A stretch of 63,962 nucleotides of DNA, counting the filler, from Candidatus Woesearchaeota archaeon (GTDB lineage Archaea; Nanobdellota; Nanobdellia; Pacearchaeales; UBA284), in the NCBI GenBank assembly GCA_964354405.1. It is 6 parts of 3 records of this genome, joined end to end, with 100 filler letters (N's around TTAATTAATTAA, not from the genome) between each part and the next. Parts side by side here need not be neighbours in the genome. Positions count along the whole stretch, not along the records: positions 21,079 to 43,514 come from CAYGZP010000001.1; positions 43,615 to 57,227 come from CAYGZP010000001.1; 4 more parts are not named here. One strand, 5' to 3'. Positions 40,105-50,033 of this stretch are shown here, in pieces. The notes under the pieces were generated by a model, which searched no databases, was not told the DNA's origin, and was given only the letters and a program-made list of their open reading frames with translations. A program made the position numbers and the translations under genes. Position 1 is the stretch's first letter, and the number at the start of each line of letters is the position of its first letter.

Positions 40105-41892
40105 ATGACTTATGAAAACACTGAAAATTTTTATGTTGGTTCTTACTCACCACTCGATCCAGGATATGGAGAGTTATTTACAGGATATCGCGTTCCTTTT
40201 CAGAACTTAGGCGCTCCAACAAGCATCCAGACAGCAAATCAAATCGCAGAAGTTTCTTCAAGATTGAATGAGGGCATGAGAGTTGTGGAATTACAACCCA
40301 TTTCTCCAGAACTTTTTGAAACAATCCCAAAGGATCATTTAAAAGAAACCGCCAGATTGATGAAACTTACAGGAGCTGAAGCGACATTACACGCCCCGAT
40401 AGTCGATCCAGCTGGATTTAATAATGAGGGTAGTTGGAGCGAACCCCAGAGACAAATATCAGAAAGACAGTTTGAAAATATAATTGATAGAGCTCATGAA
40501 CTAAGCCCTCAAGGAAACATGCCAGTTACTTTTCATGCAACTATTGGCCTACCTTCGACAATAGTTCCAAAAGTTGGCGGACCATCAGAGGAAGATATAA
40601 TTCATATAGTTAATCAAGATACTGGACAGATTCAAATTATGAGAAGAGAAAAAAAATTAGATATTACAACTGGAAAAGAAGAGTGGTTAAAACCCGATAA
40701 ACAACTTGAAGATGCAAACAGAAGAAACTGGAATAGTCAATTCGGTTCAATTATTTGGGAAGCAGAGAGAGCAAGAGAATCTATCAATCAATTTACCCCA
40801 CAGATTGCGCCAGTTTTAAAAGAAATTAATGAAGGAAAAATAAAAGAAGAGAATTTATTACCAGCACAAACAAATGCACTAGGATATGTTAGATATGGAC
40901 AGACACTTTACGATCAAGTTGGCTCGCAATTAAAAATGTTTATCAGTGAAGCTGTTAGACTTTGGCCAGAAGGACAACAAGAAGAATATAGAGAACAACT
41001 TAAAAAAATTAAAAGAAATATGGCAGAGATCGAAGATAGAAATTTGGTAGAAAATAACCCTATAGAGGCTTCTCGAAGATATAATGAAGTTATAAACACC
41101 TTCCGCAAACTTGTTAAAGATACGCCCCCCCCGCGATATTCTTTCACCTCAGATTTCGCTTTAAAAAAAAGCCGCGAGACCATTGCCAATGTTGCTCTAA
41201 AATCTTTCAAGAAATTTGGGGATAGCGCACCTATAATAAGCATGGAGAATGTTATGCCCGGAACTGTTTTTGGTACAGGCGGTGAGTTAGCTGATTTAAT
41301 TAAAGAAAGCCGCGAAGCATTTGTAAAAAAAGCTAGAGCAGAAGGAATTAGTGAATCCCAAGCAAGAGACGCCGCAAACAAACTAATTGGGGCGACATGG
41401 GACATCGGACATCTTAATTTGATGAGAAAGCAGGGCTTTGAAGAAAAAGGAATAAAAGAGGAAACTAAGCAAATTGCTCCATTCGTTAAACATGTTCATC
41501 TTACTGATAATTTTGGTTTTACTGATTCTCATCTTCCTCCTGGGATGGGAAATGTTCCTGTGAAAGCAATTTTACAAGAGCTTGAAAAGGCGGGTTATAA
41601 AGGAAAAGAGATTGTTGAAGCAGGAGGCTTTGTATCACAATTCAAGACAAGCCCAACCCCTTATGTGCTCGAGGCATTTGGCTCACCCATTTACGGAATG
41701 CAGATGCCGCCGTTCTGGAATCAAGTGCGCAATGCTTATGGCGTTCCTGCAGGATATTCCTCAGGATATGGCTTGATGCTGCCTGAACAGCACATGGGTA
41801 TTTATGGCGCGGGTTTTGCTTCAATCCCAATGGATTTGGGAGGCGCGACTCCTGGAAAAGGCCAAAGATTTTCTGGAACACCCATGGAATAA
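40105..41892 (+). CDS. xylose isomerase-like/AP endonuclease 2 TIM-barrel metalloenzyme with a large helical insertion
   Basis: TLHAP, TFH, MEN, TWDIGH, HVHLTDN, DSHLPPG.G, IVE metal-ligand motifs. Confidence 0.8.
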   Translation: MTYENTENFYVGSYSPLDPGYGELFTGYRVPFQNLGAPTSIQTANQIAEVSSRLNEGMRVVELQPISPELFETIPKDHLKETARLMKLTGAEATLHAPIVDPAGFNNEGSWSEPQRQISERQFENIIDRAHELSPQGNMPVTFHATIGLPSTIVPKVGGPSEEDIIHIVNQDTGQIQIMRREKKLDITTGKEEWLKPDKQLEDANRRNWNSQFGSIIWEAERARESINQFTPQIAPVLKEINEGKIKEENLLPAQTNALGYVRYGQTLYDQVGSQLKMFISEAVRLWPEGQQEEYREQLKKIKRNMAEIEDRNLVENNPIEASRRYNEVINTFRKLVKDTPPPRYSFTSDFALKKSRETIANVALKSFKKFGDSAPIISMENVMPGTVFGTGGELADLIKESREAFVKKARAEGISESQARDAANKLIGATWDIGHLNLMRKQGFEEKGIKEETKQIAPFVKHVHLTDNFGFTDSHLPPGMGNVPVKAILQELEKAGYKGKEIVEAGGFVSQFKTSPTPYVLEAFGSPIYGMQMPPFWNQVRNAYGVPAGYSSGYGLMLPEQHMGIYGAGFASIPMDLGGATPGKGQRFSGTPME

Positions 41893-41955
41893 ATAATAAA
41901 AAGCAAGATTTAAAAAACAAAGTTCATTTAACAAGACAGAAAAAAAGAGGCGAGA

Positions 41956-42792
41956 ATGAAAGAGAAAGAGGTTAAAGCGAAAGCAAGCGAAAGAAAATTT
42001 CCCACGCTCAATTTGAAAGAGGAGCAGGATATTGCTTATGATTTCGCCACAAAATCTTATGAAAAATTCGGCAAAGTCATCAAATCAATAATTCTTTTCG
42101 GCTCATCTGCAAGAGGAAAAACAGTCAAGGGTAGCGATATTGACATTATAGTTCTCTTAGATGATTGTTCTATACAATGGGACGCGGAATTAGTGGCTTG
42201 GTATAGAGAAGAATTAGCCAAGTTAATCCAGGAAAATCCTTATCGCAAATCTCTTCACATCAATACAGTTCGATTGACCACATGGTGGCAGGAGATGATA
42301 AGGGGCGAACCAGTAATACTCAATATAATAAGATGGGGCCAGCCACTCATAGATTTTGGGGGGTTCTTCACTCCACTTAAAGTTTTATTGAGCCAAGGCA
42401 AGATTAAAAGCACTCCTGAATCAATTTATGTTATTCTGCAGCGAGCTCCTTTACATATGGCACGAACTCGCGCTGCTTTGCTTAATGCTATAGAAGGATT
42501 GTATTGGGCGATGGTTGATTCTTCTCATGCCGCGCTCATAGCAGCAAAGAGAATGCCTCCTTCTCCAGAACATATAGGTGAAATGCTTCATGATACTTTT
42601 GTTGTCTCGAGACTCCTGGATCCAAAATATGTTGTATGGTATCGCGGATTGTACACCATCGCACACGAGATATTGCATGGCTCTCGCGCAGAAGTTTCAG
42701 CAAAGGAAATAGACGATTGGCAAGGCAAGACAGATTTGTTCGTGAGAGAAATGGCAAAGATAATTGACAAGATAATCAGCGAGAAAAAGTAA
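41956..42792 (+). CDS. nucleotidyltransferase fused to a HEPN-like domain
   Basis: LFGSSARG..SDIDIIV; C-terminal LYWAMVDSSHAAL...H. Confidence 0.85.
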   Translation: MKEKEVKAKASERKFPTLNLKEEQDIAYDFATKSYEKFGKVIKSIILFGSSARGKTVKGSDIDIIVLLDDCSIQWDAELVAWYREELAKLIQENPYRKSLHINTVRLTTWWQEMIRGEPVILNIIRWGQPLIDFGGFFTPLKVLLSQGKIKSTPESIYVILQRAPLHMARTRAALLNAIEGLYWAMVDSSHAALIAAKRMPPSPEHIGEMLHDTFVVSRLLDPKYVVWYRGLYTIAHEILHGSRAEVSAKEIDDWQGKTDLFVREMAKIIDKIISEKK

Positions 42793-42799
42793 AAAATAA

Positions 42800-43411
42800 T
42801 TATTTCTTCTTTTTAGGGGTTTCCTTCCCCCCCACTTTCTTCAACTCTTGTTTTATCTCATATTGTAATGAAATTACAATTCCCTTGTAAGCCTCATCTA
42901 CATTTTCGCTTGTAGACACCGCAGTATAAAGATTAGCAAATTCTATAGCTTCATCTCCTTTAGTTTTTGCTTCCTTTATTTTCTTATTATAAAAATCTTT
43001 TATATATTCTTCTTTTCCCTTTTCTTGGGCTTCGTTTCTAGCATCTTGAAGATTTTTAACAGCCTCTGCTATTTTACCATATTTATTTTTATCTTTCAAT
43101 TCAGGTAAGGTTAATAAGAGGGGGAATATCTGATCAATATTTTTATTTTTTAGTAGCCATTCATATGTAATTTTTTCTGTTATTTCTTCTTCCCTTTTCT
43201 TTAATTGAGCCTCAATTTTTCTACTTATCGCCCTTTCTGGAATCTTCGCGTATGCTAATTTGTCTTTACCTTCAAGATCTGCTAAGATATCTCGCAAATT
43301 TGCAGAATGTGGGTCTTGACTATATAATTGTTCAGCATAATGTGCTTTACTATAACGCTCAAGAACATTATCTTCTTCTGATGCAGGCTTCTCTTTTTTC
43401 TTTATTGCCAT
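42800..43411 (-). CDS. hypothetical protein
   Basis: AT-rich 203-aa ORF with upstream TATA. Confidence 0.7.
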   Translation of the reverse strand: MAIKKKEKPASEEDNVLERYSKAHYAEQLYSQDPHSANLRDILADLEGKDKLAYAKIPERAISRKIEAQLKKREEEITEKITYEWLLKNKNIDQIFPLLLTLPELKDKNKYGKIAEAVKNLQDARNEAQEKGKEEYIKDFYNKKIKEAKTKGDEAIEFANLYTAVSTSENVDEAYKGIVISLQYEIKQELKKVGGKETPKKKK

Positions 43412-43514
43412 AATACTTTTATGAATTCCTTATTTAAAAATCTTTCTTAGTAAAAGCGCCAAAAGCTTTAAATAAATCGCTGTTCTACAAAAGATATGTC
43501 TAAAAGGAGATTAA

Positions 43515-43614
43515 NNNNNNNNNNNNNNNNNNNNNNNNNNNNNNNNNNNNNNNNNNNNTTAATTAATTAANNNNNNNNNNNNNNNNNNNNNNNNNNNNNN
43601 NNNNNNNNNNNNNN
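43515..43614. other. artificial contig linker
   Basis: N-run/TTAATTAATTAA/N-run. Confidence 0.99.
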
Positions 43615-44656
<1,042 letters not shown>

Positions 44657-44665
44657 TTTTTTATC

Positions 44666-44694
44666 TTTTGATAAAATCTTTTTCTAAAAGATTT
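44666..44694. repeat. dispersed ~29-bp hairpin repeat
   Basis: TTTTGATAAAATCTTTTTCTAAAAGATTT, 2 nt past the gyrB stop. Confidence 0.8.
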
Positions 44695-44696
44695 AA

Positions 44697-47600
44697 TTAT
44701 ACATCAAGCTGCGCCTCCTTCGCATGATCTTCTATAAAAGCTCGTCTTGGAGCGACTTCATCTCCCATAAGCATTGAAAATGTTTCATCTGCCTCGACAG
44801 CATCTTCTATCATAATTTTTTTCATCTTCCTTGTGTTGGGGTTCATTGTAGTCTCCCACAACTGCTGAGGATTCATCTCTCCCAAACCCTTGAACCTTGT
44901 TACATTTGCGCCTCCGCCTAATTTGTCAATGACTCTCTTTAAAGCCCCTTCTGAATAAACATAATGATCTTTTCTTTTTCTTATCTTGAATAACGGAGGA
45001 ACAGCCACCCAGATGTTTCCATTTTCTATGAGCTGTCTCATGAATCTGAAAAAGAATGTTAATAACAGAGTTTTGATATGCTGTCCGTCAACATCAGCAT
45101 CTGTCATGATTATTATTTTTCCATATCTTAGTTTTTCCAAGTTAAACTCTTCGCCAACTCCTGTCCCAATCACAGTTATCAAGTTTGAGATTTCTTCTGA
45201 ACTGAAAACTTTTGTTGGCGCAGCTTTCTCGACATTGAGAATCTTTCCTTTCAATGGCAAGACAGCCTGGATTTCCTTGTTCCTTGCTTGCTTTGCGCTA
45301 TTATGCACAAAAATTCCAGAAGTTAAAGCAAAGTTATGGGTTTTTGGAACTTCAATATCATAAACATCAATTTTGTCTTTAAGCCATTCGATTCTTTTTA
45401 TTTTGTGGTTATAATTTTCAATAGTTTCTATCATTTTCTCAGAATTATTATTAAAAAATCTCGAACAAAAGGTTTTCATGCTTAAAATTGATTTGTCATT
45501 ATTTTTTATTCTTATTTTGTCGAAATTATCAAGATTACCAAATTTTTCTAAAGTTATTTTCATTAATTTTATTGTCTTGTTATAATATGTTTGGTTATAT
45601 GCAAGATATCTCTTTTCTCTAAACTCTGGCGTCCATTGTTCTCTTGTTTTTTGGCTTCTCCAAATTATTAACGCCTCGTCTTTCCATTGCTCTTTTGCCA
45701 GTTTAGATAAATATTCTTTTGCATCTGGATTTTCTTCAAAGAATTTTTTAACTTTTTCTGCAGCTTTTTTCCTGTTTTCTGGGCTTTGCCAGTATTTCTT
45801 TTGTTGTTTATTCAATAAGAGATTATTCCTTTTTCTGTATTCTTCATTTGATTCATAAAACTCCATGAACTTTCTAATCATAAATTCTTTATATTCTGGA
45901 TTTTCCCACAATTTCTTAGACCTCTCAGAAAGCATTTTGCTCACTTCGGGTTGTTTTGCCCATTCACTCATTTTTCTCCTGTAATCTAAATTCTTGTGTG
46001 CCTCTGCCGCTTTCTCCTTGATATCTTTTCGGTGCAAAGTCTTATCTAGATGTTGGGTGTGAAGAATTAAATGCTCTTCTTTGGGCATCCTTACAATATT
46101 TGCCGGATTGTTGTTTAATTTATTAAAATCTATGTGGTGCTTGTATTCTCCTTGTTCTGTTGAATAAATCCCATTTCGTAAATTATACTCATCAGCCAAA
46201 AGATGGGTAAAAACCCACGTTTTATTCTGGTCCCAAATCATTTCATAGCCATCTATTGTAATTCTCCCACCAATTTTAGAAATTCTTTTATGAAAAGGCA
46301 TTAAAGAGTCTTTATTTGTAAGATTTTTAGCTTCTTTATAAGTCCCCTCTCTTAACATAAATTTATGATTTGGTGTGCAAATTATTTCTTCAGCATTATC
46401 AAGAATTATTTTTATTACTTCTGCATTTTCTCTTGTCTTTCTTGGATTTTCTATTTTTGCTATTCCTATACTTCCGTTTTCTTTTATAGTATAACAAAAA
46501 TTTTCTTTTCCTTGTTTAGATTCATCAACTAACTCTTTAAAAGAAATATTTCTTCCATCTGTTAAAGCGATTTTTGTGTCGCTTGAAAAACAGCCTCCCG
46601 CACTTTCTCCTTCAACAATATATACTTCTGTCTCCTCTTTTTTTCTTGATGAGCAATCTGCAAGTTTTCCAGGGAGCCCAGAGAAGCCAAAGGCACTTTT
46701 TCTTCTCACAAGTTCCTTGGCTTTCTTTGCAGCTTCTCTTGCTTTTGCCGCCTCGCCAGCTTTTGTTGCAATCTTCTTGGCGATTTGAGGATTTTCCTCA
46801 AACATCTCTGACAAACAAGATGTAACAACAGAATCAACATAACCTTTGACTTCTGAATTTCCGAGTTTGGTTTTTGTCTGCCCTTCAAACTGCGGGCTTT
46901 TGATTTTAATGCTGACAATTGCTGTTAAGCCCTCGCGCACATCATCTCCTGTCAAGCTGCCCGATTTGATGACACCTTGCTTCTGTGCATAATCATTGAT
47001 AACCCTTGTCAAAGCAGTCTTGAATCCCACAATGTGTGTTCCGCCCTCTATAGTGTTGATTGTATTGACAAAACCAAAAATATTTTCCTGATAGCTCGAA
47101 TTATATTGAATCGCAACCTCTACAATTGTATGATCTGCCTGCTTTCTGAAATAAACTGGTTTGTGCAGAACTTCTTTGCTTCTGTTTAACCATTTAACAA
47201 ACTCCTGCAACCCGCCGGCATAAACAAACTCCTCTCGCTTTTCTTTCTCGCGCTTGTCTTCAAGCACAATCCTTAAACCGCCATTCAGGAAAGCAAGCTC
47301 CCTGAATCTCGTGGCCAAGACGGAAAAATCAAAATCAGTTGTTGAAAATATGGAAGTGTCAGGATAAAAAGTTACTTTAGTTCCTGTAACACCTTTATCA
47401 TAGCTTCCTATGACCTCAACTTTTGTTGTAGGCTTTCCGATGCCATAAGATTGTGAGTAAATCTTGCCGTCTCTCTTAACCTCAACAGTCATCTTTTTCG
47501 AGAGCGCAGCCACAACTGAAATTCCAACACCATGGAGCCCTCCTGAAATAACATAAGCTTTATTGTCAAACTTGCCGCCAGCATGGAGTTTAGTGATAGT

Positions 47601-47921
47601 AATCTCCATAGCTGATTTTTTGTATTCTGGGATAATGTCTACAGGAATGCCCCTGCCGTTGTCTTCGACAGTTACAGATCCGTCTTTATTCAGAAAAACT
47701 TTAATCAAATTGCAGAATCCAGCCAAGCATTCATCAACAGCATTATCAACAACCTCATAAACCAAATGATGCAATCCTTCCTTGCCTGTATTGCCTATAT
47801 ACATGCTCGGTCTACGCCTGACCCCCTCTAACCCCTCTAAGACTTTGATACTCTTTGCATCATATTTCTCTCTGCTTTCTGCTTCCCTGCCTTTCTCTTT
47901 CTCCTTGTCTTTTTCAGCCAT
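44697..47921 (-). CDS. gyrB: DNA gyrase subunit B with intein
   Basis: RRRPSMYIG, EVVDNAVDE, GGLHGVG, VEGESAGG, PLKGK, MTDADVDG, RFKGLGEM. Confidence 0.97.
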   Translation of the reverse strand: MAEKDKEKEKGREAESREKYDAKSIKVLEGLEGVRRRPSMYIGNTGKEGLHHLVYEVVDNAVDECLAGFCNLIKVFLNKDGSVTVEDNGRGIPVDIIPEYKKSAMEITITKLHAGGKFDNKAYVISGGLHGVGISVVAALSKKMTVEVKRDGKIYSQSYGIGKPTTKVEVIGSYDKGVTGTKVTFYPDTSIFSTTDFDFSVLATRFRELAFLNGGLRIVLEDKREKEKREEFVYAGGLQEFVKWLNRSKEVLHKPVYFRKQADHTIVEVAIQYNSSYQENIFGFVNTINTIEGGTHIVGFKTALTRVINDYAQKQGVIKSGSLTGDDVREGLTAIVSIKIKSPQFEGQTKTKLGNSEVKGYVDSVVTSCLSEMFEENPQIAKKIATKAGEAAKAREAAKKAKELVRRKSAFGFSGLPGKLADCSSRKKEETEVYIVEGESAGGCFSSDTKIALTDGRNISFKELVDESKQGKENFCYTIKENGSIGIAKIENPRKTRENAEVIKIILDNAEEIICTPNHKFMLREGTYKEAKNLTNKDSLMPFHKRISKIGGRITIDGYEMIWDQNKTWVFTHLLADEYNLRNGIYSTEQGEYKHHIDFNKLNNNPANIVRMPKEEHLILHTQHLDKTLHRKDIKEKAAEAHKNLDYRRKMSEWAKQPEVSKMLSERSKKLWENPEYKEFMIRKFMEFYESNEEYRKRNNLLLNKQQKKYWQSPENRKKAAEKVKKFFEENPDAKEYLSKLAKEQWKDEALIIWRSQKTREQWTPEFREKRYLAYNQTYYNKTIKLMKITLEKFGNLDNFDKIRIKNNDKSILSMKTFCSRFFNNNSEKMIETIENYNHKIKRIEWLKDKIDVYDIEVPKTHNFALTSGIFVHNSAKQARNKEIQAVLPLKGKILNVEKAAPTKVFSSEEISNLITVIGTGVGEEFNLEKLRYGKIIIMTDADVDGQHIKTLLLTFFFRFMRQLIENGNIWVAVPPLFKIRKRKDHYVYSEGALKRVIDKLGGGANVTRFKGLGEMNPQQLWETTMNPNTRKMKKIMIEDAVEADETFSMLMGDEVAPRRAFIEDHAKEAQLDV
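45300..46592 (-). mobile_element. 431-aa intein with HNH homing endonuclease
   Basis: SAGG|CFSSDT...CTPNHKF...HHIDFNKLNN...VYDIEVPKTHNF...FVHN|SAKQ; more AT-rich than flanks. Confidence 0.93.
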
Positions 47922-48106
47922 TTTTCAATTACAACATTAATTTTTTATGAGTTTTTTTCTGAAATTTACCGTCGAGAATTCGAGTTTCCTCGTCGACAAA
48001 TATCTAAAGTAATTGATATTTAAAAACCTTTTTGTCGATTTAAGGCTTAATTATTGAATAAAACACAGAATTAGCAAAAAATGGGTTTTTCTTATTTTTC
48101 TTGGAT

Positions 48107-49501
48107 TTACTTTTTGATGATTTTCTTTACAGCCTTTGCAGCTTTCGCGGCTTTCTTCTTTTTCTTTCTGAGATAAATGTATATTCCTATAATCAGTGCC
48201 AAAATCACAAGATAATACCAGCATATCCCAAATGAGCCGATGAAAATGCCCCAACACAATCCAAACAAGCAGCAGTGAGGAACACATCTGTTCTTGCTGC
48301 AGAAGCTCACTTTGCCAAAGAATACCCCCAACAGATTAAATCCTTTTCTCGCGCATTTGCAATCTTTGCAGCAGTTCTCTTGGCTTTCCGCAAGCTCGCA
48401 TCTTTCATCTCCGCATCTCGCAGCATAACAGTCCATTGGGCAGGTTTTCCAGTCTTCTCCTTTATCAGCCTCGCAAACCCCATTCCCGCAAGTTGCGCAG
48501 TCAATCGGACAGGATTCAGCTGTCTCGTTCTTGTCAGCCTCGCAAATCAGATTGCCGCAGAATAGCGCGCAATCAGGACAGTTAGCATAAGTCTCCCCCA
48601 TGTCGCAGATATTATCATAATCACATTGCGCACAGCAGTCAGCACAGCAAGTCACAGCGTTCTCGCCGCATTCGACTTGGCATATCCCGTCGCCGCAAAA
48701 ACATCCGAAACAGTCTTGAGGGCAATTAACACTTGTCTCATTGAAACTAAAACATAAGCCAGTGATATTCTCGCAAATCCCATTGCCGCATCTGCAATCC
48801 AATGCGCAAGTTATGTTAGTCTCGTTCCATTCTGGCTGGCATTTGCCGTCGGGACAATGACAATCATTAGGACAGACAGTGCAATTCTCTCCAAGCAATG
48901 GCTCGCAGATTCCATTCATGTTGCATCTGCAATCAATGCAGTTAGTTGCATTCTCACAACATCCTGTTAAGTTAAGAGGATGGGGCTTGCAGAAAGTAGG
49001 GCAAGGCTCGCACACACTATTATTATTACAGACAGTCGCGCAATCTACAGGGCAATTCAAGCAAGTCTCATTGCCCGAGCAATTTCCGTCGCCGCAGAAC
49101 TGTGGTGAGCTTAGATTAACTGTGGGCGCTTGATCATTTCCTTTTTTTGTTAACATTACACTTGTTTTCGCAGTGTGCAAAGCATCCTTGACAATAAAGA
49201 TATACACAGTATCATTCTCCTGCCATTGTTGAGCACAATTTCCTATATCCTGGGCATACCATTGTGGCTCGCCTGATAATCCTCCCTCGCCAACTTCATC
49301 AGTAAGATTACAGTAATTATTACTCGTAGTAGGATTAACAATAACAAATAAGACAGCAGCTCCGTCAGCTGGAGTTCCATCGCTGGCATTATTAACCATT
49401 CCATTGACACCGTGTTGAGTTCCAGCTAAAGCAGATTGCAAAAGAAAACATGTCATAATAAATAATACGCTAATTAAGATAACACTTACAACCTTATTCA
49501 T
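48107..49501 (-). CDS. Cys-rich repeat cell-surface protein
   Basis: About nine CG[DN]GxC...E...C.DC repeats, signal peptide, C-terminal TM and basic tail. Confidence 0.85.
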   Translation of the reverse strand: MNKVVSVILISVLFIMTCFLLQSALAGTQHGVNGMVNNASDGTPADGAAVLFVIVNPTTSNNYCNLTDEVGEGGLSGEPQWYAQDIGNCAQQWQENDTVYIFIVKDALHTAKTSVMLTKKGNDQAPTVNLSSPQFCGDGNCSGNETCLNCPVDCATVCNNNSVCEPCPTFCKPHPLNLTGCCENATNCIDCRCNMNGICEPLLGENCTVCPNDCHCPDGKCQPEWNETNITCALDCRCGNGICENITGLCFSFNETSVNCPQDCFGCFCGDGICQVECGENAVTCCADCCAQCDYDNICDMGETYANCPDCALFCGNLICEADKNETAESCPIDCATCGNGVCEADKGEDWKTCPMDCYAARCGDERCELAESQENCCKDCKCARKGFNLLGVFFGKVSFCSKNRCVPHCCLFGLCWGIFIGSFGICWYYLVILALIIGIYIYLRKKKKKAAKAAKAVKKIIKK

Positions 49502-49790
49502 TTTGCCTCTTTTTCTGATATAGTTATGATTTTTTCATTTTTAAATATTTTGTAATCCCCCCTTTTCTCCACTTTTACTTGCCTTCCTTATCCTATATTT
49601 ACCCATACATCTATAGATAAAGTCATACAAAGATAAACCGATACATTTATAAATGAATGATTAACTATAAATATACCCTTATGGCTTATATTTTTGAGCA
49701 TCAGGGGGCTCATCAGAGTTTATTCAGAAGAATCCAGAAAAAAAGAGGGGGATCAGTTAAAAGAGGTTCAACATAAGTTGAAATTTTAGC

Positions 49791-50033
49791 ATGGTTATCG
49801 GAAACAATTACAAAGATATCTTATCAAAAGCAATTCTCAAACTAATCTGCGAGAGCGAAGAGCCTCTTGAGACAAAAGAAGTTGAGAGCACCATGGCAAA
49901 AGTCAAAGGAGTCACTCGCACGAAACTTTTCTATAGATTAATGTTGCTGAGAGGCGAAGGTTTAATCATCGGCAAGTTTGTCGGCCCTGGCAAAGGTGTC
50001 TGGATATGGTGGAAAAAAGAGGGTAAAAAATGA
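49791..50033 (+). CDS. small wHTH DNA-binding protein
   Basis: PLETKEV...TRTKLFYRL..L..EG.I plus wing; overlaps next gene by 4 nt. Confidence 0.7.
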   Translation: MVIGNNYKDILSKAILKLICESEEPLETKEVESTMAKVKGVTRTKLFYRLMLLRGEGLIIGKFVGPGKGVWIWWKKEGKK

